The notes beneath the pieces were generated by a model. That model did not search any database and was not told the DNA's origin. It saw only the letters and a list, made by a program, of their open reading frames with translations. Source: an uncultured Candidatus Saccharibacteria bacterium (lineage in GTDB: Bacteria; Patescibacteriota; Minisyncoccia; Phycocordibacterales; VMEP01). From it: 64,000 nt of DNA. The stretch spans positions 5,622 through 69,621 of the forward strand of contig CAZOFV010000001.1 of the NCBI GenBank assembly GCA_964579635.1. The letters run 5' to 3'. Made by a program: the position numbers and the translations under genes. Positions 1 to 8,557 of the stretch are shown piece after piece (the stretch's first letter is position 1; every line of letters begins with the position of its first letter).

Positions 1-1
1 C

Positions 2-664
2 AGGACCACAGTTAAAGCCACTGGTTCAGCAATAAAAGAAGTTTCCCCAGCGAAAGAATACATAGACATAACAAACAAAAGCGACAGTTTGCTTGATATT
101 ACAGGGTGGCAAATCGTAAGCGAGAATGGTGTCTCTGCAAAAATAGGACGTGGCGTTCAACTATTTGTTTCTGGAGAAGTGCGCGGATTATCTAACATAG
201 TTTTAAGGTCTGGGGAAACTGCCCACATTATAAGCGGGCAATCTCCTGTCGGGGTCTCCTTTAAACAAAATATTTGCAGTGGCTATCTTTCTCAATTTCA
301 AAAATTTGTTCCACCTTTTTCTCAAAGTTGCCCACGTGTAATAAATACTGAAAACTTATCACGATACAAACCTGACCCTGTCTGTATAAACTTCATAGAA
401 AACTTACCATCGTGCACAACAATAACAAGCATCAACCAAATACCCAGAGGAAGTGATCAATCTTGCGGTCAACTCATAGAAGAACGTTTAACCTACAACG
501 GATGTGTTGAAGATAACCGCAATAACAATAATTTTTATAAACCATATTTTATGGTTTATTTAGGAAGTAATAAAGAATTATGGGAAAACGGTGAAACCTT
601 ACGTATTTTGGATCGCGAAGGAAAAACCGTCACAACAATAAAACAAACATTTTTAAATATCTAA
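2..664 (+). CDS. Lamin-tail-domain (LTD)-like protein, C-terminal part; the reading frame is open to the window edge, so the 5' end lies outside the window
   Basis: The frame of ORF 89..664 stays open back to nt 2. The segment EYIDITNKSDSLLDITGWQIV...GETAHIISG resembles LTD domains (EWVEL.N.S...DLSGW.L). Confidence 0.4.
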   Translation, partial: RTTVKATGSAIKEVSPAKEYIDITNKSDSLLDITGWQIVSENGVSAKIGRGVQLFVSGEVRGLSNIVLRSGETAHIISGQSPVGVSFKQNICSGYLSQFQKFVPPFSQSCPRVINTENLSRYKPDPVCINFIENLPSCTTITSINQIPRGSDQSCGQLIEERLTYNGCVEDNRNNNNFYKPYFMVYLGSNKELWENGETLRILDREGKTVTTIKQTFLNI

Positions 665-1129
665 TATCCTAAACAGAGCAACACCAAGCGCAACCGAAAC
701 ATTTAAAGATTCTTTTCCACCATTCATGGGAATCTCAGCGATAATATCAGCAATTGCAAGGATTTCTTTAGATAAACCAAGAACTTCATTTCCCACAACT
801 AATGCAATATCGTTTTTAGCTTTAACTTTTTTATAATCAAGAGCTTTAGGAGATTGCTCCAGTGCAATGATTTCAACTTTTTTCTTTTTTAAATCTTTAA
901 TTACCTCAAGTGTGTCTGGTTTATGTTCCCATGGAATATTTTTTTCCGCACCCAATGCTGTCTTTAAAATTTCTTTCACTGGTCGATTAAAGCGATCAAC
1001 TGGTCTTGGTGTGTATCCAGTAAGAAATATTTTTGTAACACCAGAAGCATCAGCCGTCCTAAACATCGCGCCAACATTATGAGCGCTTCTTATATCACAC
1101 AAGATTAAATAAATATTTCTTTTTTCCAT
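653..1129 (-). CDS. SpoU/TrmH-family RNA 2'-O-methyltransferase
   Basis: SPOUT motifs are present: NVGAMFRTADASGV and an SLNVSVALGVALF-like C-terminus. Start placed at the internal Met MEKRNIYL. Confidence 0.75.
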   Translation of the reverse strand: MEKRNIYLILCDIRSAHNVGAMFRTADASGVTKIFLTGYTPRPVDRFNRPVKEILKTALGAEKNIPWEHKPDTLEVIKDLKKKKVEIIALEQSPKALDYKKVKAKNDIALVVGNEVLGLSKEILAIADIIAEIPMNGGKESLNVSVALGVALFRILDI

Positions 1130-1174
1130 TTTATATGTTTTCAACCTAGTCGCTCTCTCTGATATAATATCAAC

Positions 1175-1588
1175 ATGACACAAATATTAAACACATTCCC
1201 TTCCCTTTTGACATATGCCTTAGTTGCTCCACTTATCCTTCGTTTGGTTCTTGGTGGTATTTTTTTCTCCGCTGGTTATTTAAAAATTTTCAAATACAAA
1301 GAGCGTTCAATTGGAATGTTCCAATCTGCGGGATTTCCAAAGCCAGTTTCTTTTATGTGGACAATTGCCCTACTAGAACTTGTCTGTGGATTCTTTGTTA
1401 TTATCGGACTTTGGACCCAAGTATCAGCTTTAATAATTGCCCTCATTTCAATTGGTGGCTTAATTATCAAAATGCGACACCCTGGCATATTACACCAAAC
1501 TCTTGATTTCTACTGGTTCGCTATCGCGATAGCAATATCCCTTATTTTCTCTGGTGCAGGATTTTTCTCAATTGATTTACCGTTGTAG
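1175..1588 (+). CDS. DoxX-family membrane protein
   Basis: Small polytopic protein with a DoxX-like N-terminus (LILRLVLGGIFFSAGYLKI). Confidence 0.55.
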   Translation: MTQILNTFPSLLTYALVAPLILRLVLGGIFFSAGYLKIFKYKERSIGMFQSAGFPKPVSFMWTIALLELVCGFFVIIGLWTQVSALIIALISIGGLIIKMRHPGILHQTLDFYWFAIAIAISLIFSGAGFFSIDLPL

Positions 1589-1641
1589 TATTTAAAATCT
1601 TTACTTTTAGCCATTTTTTGATATAGTTTCCCTGTTTTAAT

Positions 1642-1717
1642 CCGCCCATAGCTCAGTTGGTAGAGCAGCTCCCTTTTAAGGAGAGGGTCGCAGGTTCGAC
1701 TCCTGCTGGGCGGACCA
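1642..1717 (+). tRNA. tRNA-Lys (anticodon UUU), CCA encoded
   Basis: Folded by hand: 7-bp acceptor stem CCGCCCA/TGGGCGG, D-arm GCTC..GAGC, anticodon loop CTTTTAA, T-arm GCAGG TTCGACT CCTGC, discriminator A plus CCA. Confidence 0.85.
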
Positions 1718-1724
1718 AAGAAAC

Positions 1725-1752
1725 AAAACCTGCCCTGCGGCAGGTTTTGTGC
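1725..1752 (+). terminator. Hairpin plus T-run immediately after tRNA-Lys
   Basis: Stem AAAACCTGCC / GGCAGGTTTT followed by Ts. Confidence 0.4.
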
Positions 1753-1755
1753 TTT

Positions 1756-1815
1756 GGTCCGAGGCGTAGCGATGTCGCGTGAGCACACGCGACCGCGAGC
1801 CGGGGTCGCGGAAAT
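1756..1815. repeat. GC-rich hairpin repeat, copy F of the tRNA-associated repeat family
   Basis: Contains GAGCCGGGGTCGCGG and an AAATTTT/AAAATT palindrome shared with copies at 53.5 kb and 57.1 kb. Also carries the GTCGCGTGAGCACACGCGAC hairpin. Confidence 0.4.
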
Positions 1816-2159
1816 TTTGTCTTCAAAATTGTTCGTGATGATAAGTTAACTTAGGTCTTTATAATCACACCAAGCTACTTATTATTAACTATCCCACTTG
1901 TCCACACCCACCCTTGCCTATCCTTGTAGTGTTGCTACACTAAATACAGGGTTGGTCAAAAAATCATTATTTAAGAACCAACCACCCGTTGTTGTAAATC
2001 AAAAGAAGGAAAGCGGCTCCGCTTATGGGCACACAAAACAAACCTTTTGAACGATTTGCCACACACCAGTTCTTTAAACAATTTTCGCTCTCTTGAGTTC
2101 TCCTCTCAAGAAGCACGTATCTCGGCCTCGCTTTCTAGCTTGAGGCCAATCTCTTCAAA

Positions 2160-2196
2160 AGAGCCGTCGTCCCGAGGAACACGGCTCTTTTTTTTA
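2160..2196 (+). terminator. Rho-independent terminator ending an ORF-free ~450-nt segment
   Basis: Stem AGAGCCGT / ACGGCTCT followed by a T8 run. No plus-strand CDS lies upstream of it. Confidence 0.5.
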
Positions 2197-2212
2197 CTCA
2201 ATTATTTAAAAA

Positions 2213-2941
2213 CTAAACTGTCTCTAAAATAAATTTCTCCAAACCAGAGCTGAGCTCTAAAATTCCACGATGACTATCATGATAAAGAGTTACTAAATTA
2301 GACATACTTTTTTTAAGTTCACTTTCGGTATAATTTTTTGAATACCTAATAGCTTTCCCCGCCACAAAAGGAGAAACGCCAGCTTTTTTTAATTTATCAG
2401 AATCACCTAGTGCACTTTTTGCAAGAGCGATACTTTTTAGTTGCCATAAAACAATACCGTGAATTTCCTCTGCCTCCGCTCCATACTCAACCGATTTTAA
2501 GAAATTAACCCAAGCCCCCATCCTGTCTCTTCCACCAATAGAATCACCTAAAGCAAAGACGTTAAATTTATTTACTGCCCCACTCTTAACTGAGAACTCT
2601 TGAATTTTTTGCGCGTGTTCTCCTAATTCTAAAATAATTTTAGGGGATATCTCTTTGTCGTTTGTTATAAAAATATTTTCTGAAGATGCGAGCGCTTCAG
2701 CCTTTTCTAAAATTTCTTCTCTTCTTTCTTTACTATCAATAAATCCATTTAAAACAACAATCAATTTTTGTTCAAAAAGACCTTGTCCTAAAATAAACTC
2801 ATCTAGATTTTCAGAACCAACTTCATTTGCATCAATTTTAACCAAAAGAGTATCTGGTTTTTTAGATAAAAGCGTTTCTGTTAGTTGTAAAACTTTCTGA
2901 TTCCTTTTTGAGAAATCGGCGCCATGAAGTACGTAAAACAT
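2213..2941 (-). CDS. Probable DNA polymerase III delta subunit (HolA-like), compact form
   Basis: The N-terminus YVLHGADFSKRNQ...LFEQKLIVVLN resembles the delta-subunit clamp-loader fold. It sits downstream of polA on the same strand. Assignment is tentative. Confidence 0.4.
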   Translation of the reverse strand: MFYVLHGADFSKRNQKVLQLTETLLSKKPDTLLVKIDANEVGSENLDEFILGQGLFEQKLIVVLNGFIDSKERREEILEKAEALASSENIFITNDKEISPKIILELGEHAQKIQEFSVKSGAVNKFNVFALGDSIGGRDRMGAWVNFLKSVEYGAEAEEIHGIVLWQLKSIALAKSALGDSDKLKKAGVSPFVAGKAIRYSKNYTESELKKSMSNLVTLYHDSHRGILELSSGLEKFILETV

Positions 2942-2997
2942 AATTAATTATTTTTCATCAAGTAATGGCTTACAGTTTTTAAAAACGTAGTTAGAAA

Positions 2998-3474
2998 TTA
3001 AAACCAACGACGCACTATTTTTTTATATCCACGATAAGCTTCGCCGTATTTTTTTTCTAATAAATCTTCTTCGGCTGGAAGTATTATAAAATTAACAAAA
3101 AAGAACGATAAGATAAAAGCAATAAGTAATGCTAGTGAGTTCATCACAAATGAAAAACCGAGACTTAAAAGCATAAGACCTAGATAGGTTGGATTCCTTG
3201 AAATACTATATGGTCCGTAAGTAAAAACTTCTTTCTCAACCTGTCCAACCTTCTCTTCTACTGCTTTCAAAAAATTTCTACTACTTTTTCCTGCCCATAA
3301 AATTAGTACTGATGCTAAAAACATAAAAACTAAACCAATCTTGCCAGCACTCTCGAAATTAACAATTTCTACATGTTTCCAATAATCAGCAATAGCCCCT
3401 GCCAACAAAGCCATCATAAACATCATCGGCGAATACACTATTAATTTGTTTATTTTATGTTTTCCGTTACTCAT
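2998..3474 (-). CDS. Isoprenylcysteine carboxyl methyltransferase (ICMT/PEMT)-family membrane methyltransferase
   Basis: Multi-TM protein with the C-terminal motif SRNPTYLG...EE..L...YGEAY..Y. Confidence 0.6.
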   Translation of the reverse strand: MSNGKHKINKLIVYSPMMFMMALLAGAIADYWKHVEIVNFESAGKIGLVFMFLASVLILWAGKSSRNFLKAVEEKVGQVEKEVFTYGPYSISRNPTYLGLMLLSLGFSFVMNSLALLIAFILSFFFVNFIILPAEEDLLEKKYGEAYRGYKKIVRRWF

Positions 3475-3503
3475 GTGTTTATTCTACCACAAGGAACGTT
3501 TCG

Positions 3504-5870
3504 TCAAATCGCCCCCATTTCTCCCCAGTTTTTACCAACCGAAACATTAACCAAAATAGGAACTTCGTGAGGATTTTTCACCTTATCTTTCAACACCCCT
3601 TCCATAGCCTCATCTATAACTTTTGCGACTTCTTTTTCACTCCCCTCTTTTACTTCGTAAATTAATTCGTCGTGAACCTGAAGAAGAAGTTCTGCCTTAT
3701 CAGAAAGTTTTTTATTTTTAATTTCATCATCTGCGCGTTTAATAGCAATCTTAATTATATCTGCTGCTGTCCCTTGAATTGGAGCGTTCACCGCCATTCT
3801 TTCTGCTGCCGCACGAATATATTGAATTGGAGATTTAATTGCTGGGAAATATCGACGACGACCAAAAAGTGTCGAAGTATATCCAAGCTTCGCAACTTCC
3901 ATTTTTATACTATCAAGATATTCCGCGACCCCTGGAAACTTTTTAAAATATTGATTGTAAAATTCTTCCGCTTCAGCACGAGTTCCGCCTAAATTATCTT
4001 TAAGCGCGTTTATTCCCATTCCATAAATAATTCCAAAGTTTATAACCTTAGCCTGTCTTCTCATTTCTTTTGTCACATCTTCTTCTTTAACACCAAAAAC
4101 TCGAGAAGCAACAGTAGCGTGAACATCATCACCATCTTTAAAAATTTTTATTAAATCTTTATCTCCTGAAAGAATCGCTGCCACCCTAAGTTCTATCTGA
4201 GAATAATCAAGTGCAACTAATACGCACCCCTTATCTGCGACAAAAGCTCTTCTTATTTTCCGTCCAGCCTCAGTCTTAATAGGAATATTTTGTAAATTTG
4301 GATTAATTGAAGAAAATCTCCCTGTGGTAGTCCCCGCCTGAAGGAAGTGCGTGTGCAATCTCCCGTCGCTTGCAACAAGTGGCGGAATAGCATCGATATA
4401 CGTCGACAAAAGTTTTTGCCATTCACGATGCGCCATTATCTCTTCAATGATAGGATGAGTGCCACGAAGTTTTTCTAGTTCTGAAACTCTAGTTGAGCGT
4501 GCCCCGCCTTCAGTTTTTTTAAGACCTTTAACAGAAAGGTTAAGCGTATCAAACAAAATCTCCCCCAACTGTTTTGGAGAATTAATATTAAATTCTTTTC
4601 CAGCGTGTTCCCGTATTTTTTTCTCAAGAATTTCAAGCTCTTTGTGATATTCAAGAGAAAGTTCTTTTAAATAGCCCTTATCAATAACAACCCCTTTCTC
4701 TTCTGCTTTTTTTATAATTGGAATAAGTGGAAGCTCTATTTCTTTATAAATCTCCATGAGCCCATTAGCATCTAATCTTTCTAATATCTTTTTCTTTGCT
4801 TCTCCTATTGTTGATGAACCAGAAATTGAAAGTATTTCCTCGCGATCTGGGTTTGTATATTCAGAATTATCAACCCATAAAGCAATTGCCGCTTCCTCAA
4901 TGTCCTCTTTATCTGCGGAAGTATCTTCCACCACTGTCTTCTCTGCTTTCTCTGAAACAAACAAACCCTTAACTCGCTCGTTTAATGTCCTAAAATCAAG
5001 TTCAATAAATAATTTTTCAATTAAACTTAGATCAACGCTATCTCTCCATTCTTTTTCTGGTAAAGAAAATTCAATCGGAGCATCTCTTCTGATTTCAGCA
5101 AGTGTTTTCGAAAAAAAGGCTTCCTCTTCGTGTTCCTTTAAAAGCCCTATCATTCTTTCTTTTATTCCAGCCTTCTCAAAAGCTTCTTTATCTTTCTTTA
5201 AAGTTTTATAAATATTCTCAATAGTCCCAAAGGTCTGTATTAGGGTTGTGGCTGTCTTCTCACCAATCCCCGGAACGCCGATGATGTTATCTGACGGATC
5301 ACCACGTAAACCTTTGTAATCCGGCATGAACTTAGGGGCAAAACCAAACCTAGCAATAACCGCATCCTCATCGTAGATAATAGTGTCATTAATTCCCTTC
5401 TTTAAGGTAAACACTTGAACCTTTTTATCATCAACCAACTGCATGGTATCCATATCGCCAGAAGCAATAATAATATGTGTATTTTTATCTTTTTTTAATT
5501 TCTCTACGATAGTCCCGAGCAAATCGTCCGCTTCAAAACCAGCAAGCTCGTAAGAAGGAATACCAAACGCAGTGAAAACATCTCTTGCTCGAATAAGTTG
5601 GGCAACTAAATTACTTTCTGTTTTTGCTCTGCCCGCCTTGTAGGCTTCGTAGGCTTCATGTCTAAAAGTTGGTTCTGGTAAATCAAAGCAAGCCGCAATA
5701 TAGTCTGGCTTTAAATCTTTAATAATTTTTACAAGCATCGCAACAAGGCCGTAAAGAGCTCCCGTTGGTTCACCTTTAGTGGAAGAAAATTCTGGAAGAG
5801 CGTGGTAGGCGCGGTGAATAATAGCATGGGCATCCAAAAGAATTATTGTTTTTTTATTTTCGCTTTTCAT
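3504..5870 (-). CDS. polA: DNA polymerase I (5'-3' exonuclease plus polymerase domains)
   Basis: N-terminal 5' nuclease region, then RRQAKVINFGIIYGMG and VHDELIYEV polymerase motifs. 788 aa. Confidence 0.95.
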   Translation of the reverse strand: MKSENKKTIILLDAHAIIHRAYHALPEFSSTKGEPTGALYGLVAMLVKIIKDLKPDYIAACFDLPEPTFRHEAYEAYKAGRAKTESNLVAQLIRARDVFTAFGIPSYELAGFEADDLLGTIVEKLKKDKNTHIIIASGDMDTMQLVDDKKVQVFTLKKGINDTIIYDEDAVIARFGFAPKFMPDYKGLRGDPSDNIIGVPGIGEKTATTLIQTFGTIENIYKTLKKDKEAFEKAGIKERMIGLLKEHEEEAFFSKTLAEIRRDAPIEFSLPEKEWRDSVDLSLIEKLFIELDFRTLNERVKGLFVSEKAEKTVVEDTSADKEDIEEAAIALWVDNSEYTNPDREEILSISGSSTIGEAKKKILERLDANGLMEIYKEIELPLIPIIKKAEEKGVVIDKGYLKELSLEYHKELEILEKKIREHAGKEFNINSPKQLGEILFDTLNLSVKGLKKTEGGARSTRVSELEKLRGTHPIIEEIMAHREWQKLLSTYIDAIPPLVASDGRLHTHFLQAGTTTGRFSSINPNLQNIPIKTEAGRKIRRAFVADKGCVLVALDYSQIELRVAAILSGDKDLIKIFKDGDDVHATVASRVFGVKEEDVTKEMRRQAKVINFGIIYGMGINALKDNLGGTRAEAEEFYNQYFKKFPGVAEYLDSIKMEVAKLGYTSTLFGRRRYFPAIKSPIQYIRAAAERMAVNAPIQGTAADIIKIAIKRADDEIKNKKLSDKAELLLQVHDELIYEVKEGSEKEVAKVIDEAMEGVLKDKVKNPHEVPILVNVSVGKNWGEMGAI

Positions 5871-6334
5871 TATTTAATTTCAATCAAACGTTCTGTCTCT
5901 CCTTTATGTGAAAAAGTAATCCATATCGCATTTTGTGGAATTATTTTCTTAACATTCTCTGGCCATTCAATAAAGATGATATTTTTATTATCAGAAATAA
6001 TTTCATTCCAACCTAAACGAATTATCTCACTTTCTTTATCAAGGCGATACGCATCGATATGAATAAATTTTTTCCACGGAAACCCTTCAGGTAATTTATA
6101 TATTTTCTCAATAACAAAAGTTGGGGAAGGCATTCTCTCTTTTATCCCAAGTTTTTCTCCCAAAATTTTCACCATCGCAGTTTTTCCACTACCTAAATCA
6201 CCAGAAAGGGCGACAACTGTGGCTTTGTCGTTTTTTAAAGATTCCTTTTTAGCTAAAAGAATAATCTTATCTGCAAAATCCTTAGTTTCATTGATGTTCT
6301 TGCAAAGCTTTTTCATTTGAGACGATTTTAACAC
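5870..6334 (-). CDS. tsaE: tRNA threonylcarbamoyladenosine biosynthesis protein TsaE
   Basis: Motifs LSGDLGSGKT, SPTFV and HIDAYRL. Confidence 0.8.
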   Translation of the reverse strand: MLKSSQMKKLCKNINETKDFADKIILLAKKESLKNDKATVVALSGDLGSGKTAMVKILGEKLGIKERMPSPTFVIEKIYKLPEGFPWKKFIHIDAYRLDKESEIIRLGWNEIISDNKNIIFIEWPENVKKIIPQNAIWITFSHKGETERLIEIK

Positions 6335-6404
6335 AACAAGAAGAAAGCCCCGCTATCTTAACGATGTGGGGCTTTCTTCTTAAAAATTAAACGTTTTTTT
6401 CGGC

Positions 6405-8366
6405 TTATTGCTTAGAAACATTAGAAGCTCTATATGTACCAACTGCATACCTAGAAAGTATTCCTAATCCAAGAATTATAAGGATTAATAATAACCAACC
6501 AAGCAATGTGTTTGGCAAGAAACTAGAACCGAATATTGGAGCTAAAGCTCGTGAAGACTGGTAGTATTCACCATTTAACAAAACGTAGGCAATTGCTTCT
6601 TCTTGTGTGTTGTTTTCTCTCGTATAAACCATATCAACACTCACAACAACAACCTTACCGCTTTCAATAGTGTTATCTACAACAGTTTCAACGGTAAATG
6701 AGCCTGCCTCTCCGGCCTCTAAGGTCTTTAGATCAACTGTTAAAGTTCTGTCTTTGTCGTTGTAGTAACCTCTTGATGAATCAATGTATGAAAGTTCTCC
6801 AGGAAGAACAACTCTCACAGCAACATCGTGCAAGCTTTCACTTGTCTTGGTGTTGCGATAATTGATTGTAAAGATAACCCTATCTCCACGAGAGACGTTG
6901 TCTCTATTTGAAGAAATAGAAAGTATTATTGCTGATGTCTTTGTACTCCCAGAAGCACCACTTACAACGTAAGTTGTTTTGGAAGAAGTAACAGTTGGTG
7001 AAGTAACAATAACCGAAGTTGTGTTAGATGAACCACCAGTAGTAAAGCTCATTATGTCTCCTTTGTGTGTTCCGTATTGATTTTGAACTACTGCACGGTA
7101 GTAATAAGTCCTTCCATTAACAAGCCCAGTGAGATCTTCAGAAAAGGCTAGGGTCACGGCGCTTCCAATATTCTTACTTTGAGTTGTGTTTCCTAGAGAG
7201 CTTGTTGTTCCCCATTCAAACCAACCAGTTGTATTAACACCACCGTTAATAAAGACGAGACCATTTACCCTTGCCGTTGTTTGCCCTATCGAAGTAGCAA
7301 GAGTTGTAACAGCTGTTGGCTGACTGCCTCCAACGTAGTTATAGGAAGAAGAGTTGTATTGATTGTTATTATTTGTCACAAACGACATAACTGTTCCATA
7401 AACAGTACCGTTTGAGTTCTGAGCAACGGCTCTGTAGTAGTAAGTTGTATTTGGACTCAAACCATTAACTGTTTGTGTAAATGTTCCGGATGAAGTTTGG
7501 TTTAACTTAAGTGTTGTGTTGTTAAAGTAACTAGAATTTGTACCCCATTCAAACCAACGAGTTGTGTTTGTGCTTCCGTTTGGATCAACAAATCCTTGTA
7601 AAATAGCGAACGTGTCACCATTTTGAACTGTTGAATATGTCATGACAAAAGGTGTCTGACCGGTATTTTGATTACAGTTGTAGTTGTTATAACCACAGTT
7701 GTTGCTATTGTTGCTAGTTGTTGTGAAAGATTGAGTTCCGCCATAAACAACAGCACTACCTGAATTTTGTCCTACTGCTCGGTAGTAATAAGTCGTATTT
7801 TGATTTAAGGAATTATTAACTGAGTAGAAAGTTGTGTTAACTGTTCCGATATTTACCTGTGGAGTAGTATTTCCAAAGGAATTTGATGTCCCCCATTCAA
7901 ACCAAACATTTGTCATTACACCTCCATTTGAGTTAACAGAACCTTGAAAAGTTGCTGAATTACTAGAAACGCTTGTTGGAGCATTTGTTGTTATTATTGG
8001 AGACGCCTGATTTTGATTTTGCTGTGAACAAGAGAGAGTTGATGCACTTTGAATATTTGCATAGAAAATATTTTGAGGTGCAGAAGAATCCCAGAAAACC
8101 AACTGGTATTGATAGGTGGAGTTACATGGGATATCAACTGTCTCTGAAACAGGTTGTGTCCCGTTAACAGCTGTACTTCTTGTTGGTGTCACAGATGTTG
8201 CACCACCACTAATACTGTAGGAGAAATAATAACCTGCGTTAGTAGGAACGCTTGAGGTTATGTCACCACGAAATGTAACACTATCCGCTAGAACAGGTGT
8301 TGCAAAAACTCCCATTGCTAAAACGGCGACTGCGACAAAAAATGATTTTATTAATGATTTTTTCAT
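6405..8366 (-). CDS. Secreted cell-surface protein with four Fn3-like repeats, a DUF11-like domain and a C-terminal LPNTL/hydrophobic/charged-tail anchor
   Basis: Signal peptide present. Repeated W.EWGT...YYYRAV.QN..G modules. C-terminus is FLPNTLLG followed by a TM segment and an RYAVGTYRASN tail. Confidence 0.7.
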   Translation of the reverse strand: MKKSLIKSFFVAVAVLAMGVFATPVLADSVTFRGDITSSVPTNAGYYFSYSISGGATSVTPTRSTAVNGTQPVSETVDIPCNSTYQYQLVFWDSSAPQNIFYANIQSASTLSCSQQNQNQASPIITTNAPTSVSSNSATFQGSVNSNGGVMTNVWFEWGTSNSFGNTTPQVNIGTVNTTFYSVNNSLNQNTTYYYRAVGQNSGSAVVYGGTQSFTTTSNNSNNCGYNNYNCNQNTGQTPFVMTYSTVQNGDTFAILQGFVDPNGSTNTTRWFEWGTNSSYFNNTTLKLNQTSSGTFTQTVNGLSPNTTYYYRAVAQNSNGTVYGTVMSFVTNNNNQYNSSSYNYVGGSQPTAVTTLATSIGQTTARVNGLVFINGGVNTTGWFEWGTTSSLGNTTQSKNIGSAVTLAFSEDLTGLVNGRTYYYRAVVQNQYGTHKGDIMSFTTGGSSNTTSVIVTSPTVTSSKTTYVVSGASGSTKTSAIILSISSNRDNVSRGDRVIFTINYRNTKTSESLHDVAVRVVLPGELSYIDSSRGYYNDKDRTLTVDLKTLEAGEAGSFTVETVVDNTIESGKVVVVSVDMVYTRENNTQEEAIAYVLLNGEYYQSSRALAPIFGSSFLPNTLLGWLLLILIILGLGILSRYAVGTYRASNVSKQ

Positions 8367-8471
8367 ATAATTGTTTGGTTTTTTATAATATTAGTAATCT
8401 ATCATGAAACACAAGAAAAGTCAATGGGTAAGAAATTATCTAAAATTAAATTGTTTTTATAAAGATACGGC

Positions 8472-8508
8472 AAAAAAATAAAAGGGGGGCATAAAATGCC
8501 CCCCTCTT
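8472..8508 (-). terminator. Rho-independent terminator of the lipoprotein gene 8558..9580
   Basis: Minus-strand reading: GAGGGGGGCAT ttt ATGCCCCCCT followed by TTTTATTTTTTT. Confidence 0.6.
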
Positions 8509-8557
8509 TAAGCAAAGAACTGCCTATTTTTTGGGTAAAATCTTGCAATCACGAGGA

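Noticed and set aside
1816-2212. RNase P RNA call based on GGAAAGCGGCUCC..AUGGGCA
   Set aside because: The P4-like motif is 3 nt shorter than the consensus, and the complementary 3' P4 strand (ACAGAANCCGGCUUA) and other universal elements were not found. Kept only as an unassigned ncRNA candidate.
3672-5211. Plus-strand ORFs 3672..3992, 4459..4647 and 4756..5211 inside polA
   Set aside because: They are antisense to a clearly conserved polA reading frame, low-complexity (Ser/Phe-rich), and have no motifs.
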